The notes beneath the pieces are model-generated. The model had not been told where the DNA came from. It made no database searches and saw only the letters and a list, made by a program, of their open reading frames with translations. The position numbers and the translations under genes were made by a program. This document shows, piece by piece, positions 27,521 to 32,438 of a stretch of 32,438 nt of DNA (its first letter is position 1; every line of letters begins with the position of its first letter). Source of the stretch: Clostridia bacterium (GTDB taxonomy: Bacteria; Bacillota; Clostridia; UMGS1883); assembly GCA_045580605.1 (NCBI GenBank), contig JAZNOC010000066.1, positions 1 to 32,438 of the forward strand, read 5' to 3'.

Positions 27521-28789
27521 TTAAGCCTCGTAAGCCTTAAGTGCTCTTTGTCCGATGTCGTTTCTGTAATAAGCCTTATCAAACTGAATTTTCTTCGTTT
27601 TTTCGTAAGACAGCTTTATTGCAGTTTCAAGAGTATCAGCAATTGATGTAACACCAAGCACTCTGCCGCCGTTTGTGTAAAGCTTACCACCCTTAAGGTC
27701 TGCACCGGCAAAATAAATGTCATCAATAACATCTTCAGCTATAGTCATTTCCTTACCTTTTTCGTAGCTTTCGGGATATCCGCCCGAGGCTACTATAACA
27801 CAACAGGCATTTTTATCTTCGAATTCAACGTCTACCTCAGAAAGAGTCTGATTTGTTACTGCTTTCATAATAGTAAGCAAATCGCCCTTTAAAAGCGGAA
27901 GCACAACCTGAGTTTCGGGATCGCCAAAACGGCAGTTGTATTCGATAACCTTCGGGCCGTCCTTTGTGAGCATAAGTCCAAAGTAAAGGCAACCCTTAAA
28001 GGTTCTTCCCTCTTTGTTCATTGCATCAATAGTGGGAATGAAAATCTTTTCCATACACTCTTTTGCAATGTCTTTTGTGTAGTATGGGTTGGGAGCAACT
28101 GTTCCCATACCGCCTGTATTAAGACCTGTGTCGTTATCTCCTACACGCTTGTGGTCCATTGAAGAAACCATCGGCTTAACGCACTTTCCGTCAGTAAATG
28201 CTAAAACGCTTACCTCGGGACCTGTCAAAAATTCTTCAATAACGATTTGACGGCCGCTTGCGCCGAACTTGTCGTTTTCCATCATATCCTTAACGGCATC
28301 AATTGCATCTTCCTTATTTTCCGCAATGATAACGCCTTTTCCGAGTGCTAAGCCATCCGCCTTGATAACAGTTGGCATGGGAGCATTTTCAAGATACTTT
28401 ACTGCATCATCTGCATTTGTGAAAACCTCGTACTGAGCAGTCGGGATATTATATTTCTTCATAAGATTTTTTGAGAAAATCTTACTTCCTTCAATAATTG
28501 CTGCATTTTTATCGGGACCGAAGCAAGGGATACCCTTTGCACTGAGTGCATCAACACAACCGAGTACAAGCGGGTCATCGGGAGCAACAACTGCATAATC
28601 AATATTATTGTTAACTGCAAATTCAACGATTTTTTCAATATCCTTTGCACCGATATTTACGCACTCTGCATCGCGAGCAATACCGCCGTTACCGGGGAGT
28701 GCAAAAATCTTCTCAACTTCTTTATTCTCTTTTATTTTTTTGATTATGGCGTGCTCTCTTCCGCCACCGCCAACAACAAGAATATTCAT
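27521..28789 (-). CDS. purD: Phosphoribosylamine-glycine ligase
   Basis: GGGGREHA, KADGLALGKGV, NTGGMG, EYNCRFGDPE and NGGRVL. Confidence 0.98.
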   Translation of the reverse strand: MNILVVGGGGREHAIIKKIKENKEVEKIFALPGNGGIARDAECVNIGAKDIEKIVEFAVNNNIDYAVVAPDDPLVLGCVDALSAKGIPCFGPDKNAAIIEGSKIFSKNLMKKYNIPTAQYEVFTNADDAVKYLENAPMPTVIKADGLALGKGVIIAENKEDAIDAVKDMMENDKFGASGRQIVIEEFLTGPEVSVLAFTDGKCVKPMVSSMDHKRVGDNDTGLNTGGMGTVAPNPYYTKDIAKECMEKIFIPTIDAMNKEGRTFKGCLYFGLMLTKDGPKVIEYNCRFGDPETQVVLPLLKGDLLTIMKAVTNQTLSEVDVEFEDKNACCVIVASGGYPESYEKGKEMTIAEDVIDDIYFAGADLKGGKLYTNGGRVLGVTSIADTLETAIKLSYEKTKKIQFDKAYYRNDIGQRALKAYEA

Positions 28790-28807
28790 TTTATTCGTCC
28801 TTTCTGA

Positions 28808-29992
28808 TTAGTGGTGGAATAAACGCATTCCTATAAACGCCATAGCCATACCATACTTATCACAGCAATCAATTACCAAATCATCACGGATTGAACCGCC
28901 CGGCTCTGCAATATATTTTACGCCGCTTTTCTTAGCACGTTCAATGTTGTCAGAGAATGGGAAAAATGCGTCTGAGCCAAGTGATACGCCGTCAATGGTG
29001 TCAAGATAAGCACGCATTTCTTCAGGTGTAAATGGCTCGGGCTTTTTGGTAAAGTACTTTTCCCAGATACCGTCTGCACAAACATCCTCTTCGTTCTTAT
29101 TTATATAGCCGTCAATTACGTTATCTCTGTCAGCACGCTTAAGGTCATCACGGAAAGGAAGATTAAGCACCTTATCTGCCTGACGCAAGAACCAGGTATC
29201 TGCCTTTGTACCTGCAAGGCGTGTACAGTGAATTCTTGACTGCTGACCTGCACCAACACCGATTGCCTGACCGTCATAAGCAAAGCAAACTGAATTTGAC
29301 TGAGTGTACTTAAGAGTTATGAGTGAAATGATAAGGTCAATTTTTGCCTTTTCGGGAATGTCCTTATTTTTGGTTACAATATTCTGGAGCAAGCTTTCGT
29401 CAATCTTAAAGTTATTGCGACCTTGTTCAAATGTAATACCAAATACCTGCTTTGTTTCCTTTTCCTCAGGAACATAATTTTTATCAATTTTAACAACATT
29501 GTAATTGCCGTTACGCTTGGATTTTAATATTTCAAGAGCCTTATCAGTATAACCCGGTGCGATAATTCCGTCAGAAACCTCACGCTGAATAAGCTTTGCC
29601 GTAATTTCATCACACTCGTGAGAAAGAGCAACCCAGTCGCCAAAGGAACACATTCTGTCAGTACCTCTTGCTCTTGCATAAGCACAGGCAAGCGGAGAAT
29701 CGTCAAGATTTTCGATATCGTCAACAAAGCAAGCCTTTTTAAGCTTGTCGCTGAGCTTAATACCTACTGCCGCAGAGGTGGGACTAACGTGCTTAAATGA
29801 TGTAACCGCAGGAAGCCCTGTAGCCTCGGAAAGCTCCTTTACAAGCTGCCAGCTGTTAAACGCATCAAGAAAGTTTATGTAGCCGGGTTTTCCGCTAAGG
29901 ATTTCGATTGGAAGCTCACTTCCGTTCTCCATATAAATTCTGGAGGGTTTCTGGTTAGGGTTACAACCGTATTTCAATTCAAATTCTTTCAT
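28808..29992 (-). CDS. purH: AICAR formyltransferase, monofunctional (no IMP-cyclohydrolase domain)
   Basis: 394 aa starting at LKYGCNPNQ; SFKHVSP, GAGQQSR, SDAFFPF, PGGSIRD and RLFHH. Confidence 0.93.
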   Translation of the reverse strand: MKEFELKYGCNPNQKPSRIYMENGSELPIEILSGKPGYINFLDAFNSWQLVKELSEATGLPAVTSFKHVSPTSAAVGIKLSDKLKKACFVDDIENLDDSPLACAYARARGTDRMCSFGDWVALSHECDEITAKLIQREVSDGIIAPGYTDKALEILKSKRNGNYNVVKIDKNYVPEEKETKQVFGITFEQGRNNFKIDESLLQNIVTKNKDIPEKAKIDLIISLITLKYTQSNSVCFAYDGQAIGVGAGQQSRIHCTRLAGTKADTWFLRQADKVLNLPFRDDLKRADRDNVIDGYINKNEEDVCADGIWEKYFTKKPEPFTPEEMRAYLDTIDGVSLGSDAFFPFSDNIERAKKSGVKYIAEPGGSIRDDLVIDCCDKYGMAMAFIGMRLFHH

Positions 29993-30003
29993 TGGAAAGC
30001 TCC

Positions 30004-30723
30004 TTACTTATTTATATTTATCAAACGCTCTTCGATAGAGTTGTCTTTAAGATTTATAAATGCAACATAAAGCGAAATCTTGTTCTCGTTATTAAGATTT
30101 GTCCATAAGTCATTTGTAAACTCATCAATATCATTAGGAATAGTAACTCTCTCAGGCTCACCAACAAATGTCGGAAGCGGGTTACCATCTGTTACATAAG
30201 TGTGGATGAAGTGTCCCGTGCCCTTAAGCGAAGGATACGCAAAGTGGTATCTGCTGCAGGCACTTCCGATTTCATCGGCACTCTTGAGAATACTCATTTC
30301 GTAATCGAAATCACCATTTTCAAATGTAAGCATACCGCTTATACGAGGTGTAAAGTTGGGAGCGTCCGGTTCAAACTCACGCTTTGTAAGAGCCTTTGCA
30401 AATGACTCACCATTTTTAAGACCGTCAAGCACAGTATCTGTCTGGTCGCCATTGGTAACAACAAGCTTGTTTTCATAAGAGCCGATAGCCCTGTAAATTA
30501 TAAGGCTCGGGTCTTCAACCTTTGATGCGTCAAAAGGCTCAGTAAAAACTGCTCCGTCTTTAAGTGAGAAAACTCTGTTACGGCTGTTTTCGCTTCTGCC
30601 CATAATAAAATAAGCAACAGCGGCTTTTTCTCCATCCTCGGTTTTGCCGATTACAATGCCTCTTCCAACATAAGGGTTTCCTTTTATAATATCACCAATT
30701 TTGTTTTTTTCGTATACGTTCAT
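30004..30723 (-). CDS. purO: IMP cyclohydrolase (PurO-like)
   Basis: YVGRGI, YFIMGRS..SRNR, VTNGDQTD and EPDAPNFTPRISG. Adjacent to the truncated purH. Confidence 0.88.
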   Translation of the reverse strand: MNVYEKNKIGDIIKGNPYVGRGIVIGKTEDGEKAAVAYFIMGRSENSRNRVFSLKDGAVFTEPFDASKVEDPSLIIYRAIGSYENKLVVTNGDQTDTVLDGLKNGESFAKALTKREFEPDAPNFTPRISGMLTFENGDFDYEMSILKSADEIGSACSRYHFAYPSLKGTGHFIHTYVTDGNPLPTFVGEPERVTIPNDIDEFTNDLWTNLNNENKISLYVAFINLKDNSIEERLININK

Positions 30724-30734
30724 TCTTATCTACC

Positions 30735-31331
30735 TCATTTATGTGTATTCTCTGAGCATATAAGCTCCACCGATTTGGGAAGAATTTGCCATTCTGCAAG
30801 ACGCATAACACGTTTTTGCAAACTCTCGGGAGTATCCTCGGGTCTGATGTTTACTGCCTTTTGCATAATAATTTCTCCGCCATCGGGAATTTCGTTAACA
30901 AAATGCACCGTTGCACCTGTAACCTTAACGCCCTTACTGAGCGCCGCCTCGTGCACTCTCAGGCCGTAAAAGCCCTTACCGCAAAACGACGGGATAAGCG
31001 ACGGATGTACATTTATAATCCTCTTCGGATACTTTTTCGTAAAGCTTTCGCTTAAAATGCACATAAACCCTGCAAGGACAATAAAATCAATCTTATGTTT
31101 TTCAAGTGCCGAAATTATTCCCTGCTCAAATTCTTCCTGACTTACACCTTTTTTAGGCACAACAACGGTCTTTATACCATTGTTTTTTGCACGCTCAAGA
31201 GCATAGGCGTCAGAGTTGTTTGATATAACAAGGCTAATTCTACCACTTTTTATAATGCCTTTTTTCTCAGCATCGATAAGTGCCTGAAGATTTGTTCCGC
31301 CACCCGATACCAAAACTGCAATTTTCTTCAT
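30735..31331 (-). CDS. purN: Phosphoribosylglycinamide formyltransferase
   Basis: VSGGGTNLQA, LAGFM, INVHPSLIP and GATVHFV. Confidence 0.98.
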   Translation of the reverse strand: MKKIAVLVSGGGTNLQALIDAEKKGIIKSGRISLVISNNSDAYALERAKNNGIKTVVVPKKGVSQEEFEQGIISALEKHKIDFIVLAGFMCILSESFTKKYPKRIINVHPSLIPSFCGKGFYGLRVHEAALSKGVKVTGATVHFVNEIPDGGEIIMQKAVNIRPEDTPESLQKRVMRLAEWQILPKSVELICSENTHK

Positions 31332-31345
31332 ATTATATCCACCAA

Positions 31346-32386
31346 TCAGATGATTTCTATTTTATTGTCAGATTTAACTGTTTCGCCGATGATGTAAGCA
31401 TCCTCGCCGTTTTCCTTAAGAATCTCAAGAGCAAGCTCAGCGTCTTCCTTATTAACAACGATGCTCATACCAACACCCATATTAAAGGTGTTGAACATAT
31501 CGTGCTCGTCAATTCCGCCTCTTTTTGCAATGAGGTCAAATATCGGGAGCACCTTAACTGCGCTCTTGTTAATTTTTGCACCAAAACCATCAGGCATACT
31601 TCTCGGAATATTTTCGTAGAAGCCGCCACCCGTAATATGTGAAATAGCCTTAACCTGAACCTTTTCCAAAAGCGCAAGCACAGACTTAACGTAAATCTTT
31701 GTGGGTGTAAGAAGAGTCTCGCCTATTGATTTTCCGCCAAGCTCTGCAAGCGGAGTCTTGATGTCAGCATTTTCAACATCAAACACCTTTCTTACAAGAG
31801 AAAAGCCGTTTGAATGAACACCGCTTGAAGCAAGTGCGATAATAACGTCGCCCTCTTTCATAGTTGTGTTGTCAATTATTTTGTCCTTGTCAACAACGCC
31901 TGTGCAATAGCCTGCAAGGTCATATTCATCCTCGGGATAAAAACCGGGCATCTCAGCAGTTTCACCGCCGATAAGAGCTGCACCTGACTGAACACAGCCG
32001 TCGCAAACGCCTTTTACAATGCTTTCAATTCTCTCGGGAATATTCTTCCCGCAAGCAATATAGTCAAGGAAGAAAAGCGGCTTTGCACCACAACAGATAA
32101 TGTCATTAACGCACATAGCAACACAGTCAATACCGACAGTATCGTGCTTGTCCATAATAAATGCAAGCTTAAGCTTTGTACCTACACCATCTGTACCGCC
32201 AACCAGAACAGGCTTTTTAATGCCCTCAAGGTCAAGCTCAAAAAGGCCGCCAAAGGAGCCAATGTCTGAAACGCAACCCTTTGTCATGGTAGTTGCGATA
32301 TGTTTTTTCATAAGTTCTACTGCCTTGTAACCTGCAGTAATATCAACGCCCGCTGCTGCGTAGCTTTTAGATTCTGAGCCTTTCAT
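31346..32386 (-). CDS. purM: AIR synthetase (FGAM cyclo-ligase)
   Basis: YAAAGVDI, DGVGTK, GGETAEMP, HSNGFSL, HITGGG and TFNMGVG. Confidence 0.98.
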   Translation of the reverse strand: MKGSESKSYAAAGVDITAGYKAVELMKKHIATTMTKGCVSDIGSFGGLFELDLEGIKKPVLVGGTDGVGTKLKLAFIMDKHDTVGIDCVAMCVNDIICCGAKPLFFLDYIACGKNIPERIESIVKGVCDGCVQSGAALIGGETAEMPGFYPEDEYDLAGYCTGVVDKDKIIDNTTMKEGDVIIALASSGVHSNGFSLVRKVFDVENADIKTPLAELGGKSIGETLLTPTKIYVKSVLALLEKVQVKAISHITGGGFYENIPRSMPDGFGAKINKSAVKVLPIFDLIAKRGGIDEHDMFNTFNMGVGMSIVVNKEDAELALEILKENGEDAYIIGETVKSDNKIEII

Positions 32387-32389
32387 ATT

Positions 32390-32438
32390 TTACCTCCCCT
32401 TATTTTCTGAAATTTTAAAATCAAATTTACTTTTTTGT
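32390..32438 (-). CDS. 3' end of an upstream gene (possibly purF by synteny)
   Basis: Open frame ...QKSKFDFKISENKGR* ends 3 nt before the purM ATG and contains its GGAGG RBS. Identity is inferred only from usual pur operon order. Confidence 0.4.
   Translation of the reverse strand, partial: QKSKFDFKISENKGR

Overview
Bacterial chromosomal DNA, by gene content from an anaerobic Clostridia-class Bacillota. (1) 1-10872, minus strand: Wzx/Wzy polysaccharide operon with a sigma-A promoter. It encodes a priming glycosyltransferase, a GT2, a B12-binding radical SAM protein, a polysaccharide pyruvyl transferase, an Fe-S/F420-hydrogenase-beta-like protein, an EpsG/Wzy polymerase, two paralogous GT4s, a GT32 and a Wzx flippase. 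(2) 11010-14145: a divergent glycyl radical enzyme (GRE) with no activase in the window, transcribed opposite an AraC regulator. (3) A hypothetical gene, then groES-groEL without a CIRCE box, then a run of six hairpins. (4) 17064-23810, minus strand: a T-box riboswitch leading an XRE-cupin/acyl-CoA synthetase fusion, a P-loop ATPase, a four-subunit VOR-type 2-oxoacid:ferredoxin oxidoreductase and an amidohydrolase. (5) 23816-end: purine operon purM-purN-purO-purH-purD-purL. Most notable signals: the T-box-controlled operon, which looks like branched-chain amino acid synthesis by reductive carboxylation, with overlapping Ile/Leu/Val codons in its specifier loop; an A10 tract whose -1 shift would fuse the pyruvyl transferase to the Fe-S protein; the HpnJ-like radical SAM inside the glycan locus; and the orphan GRE. 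No database searches were run, so family calls rest on motifs recognised by eye.
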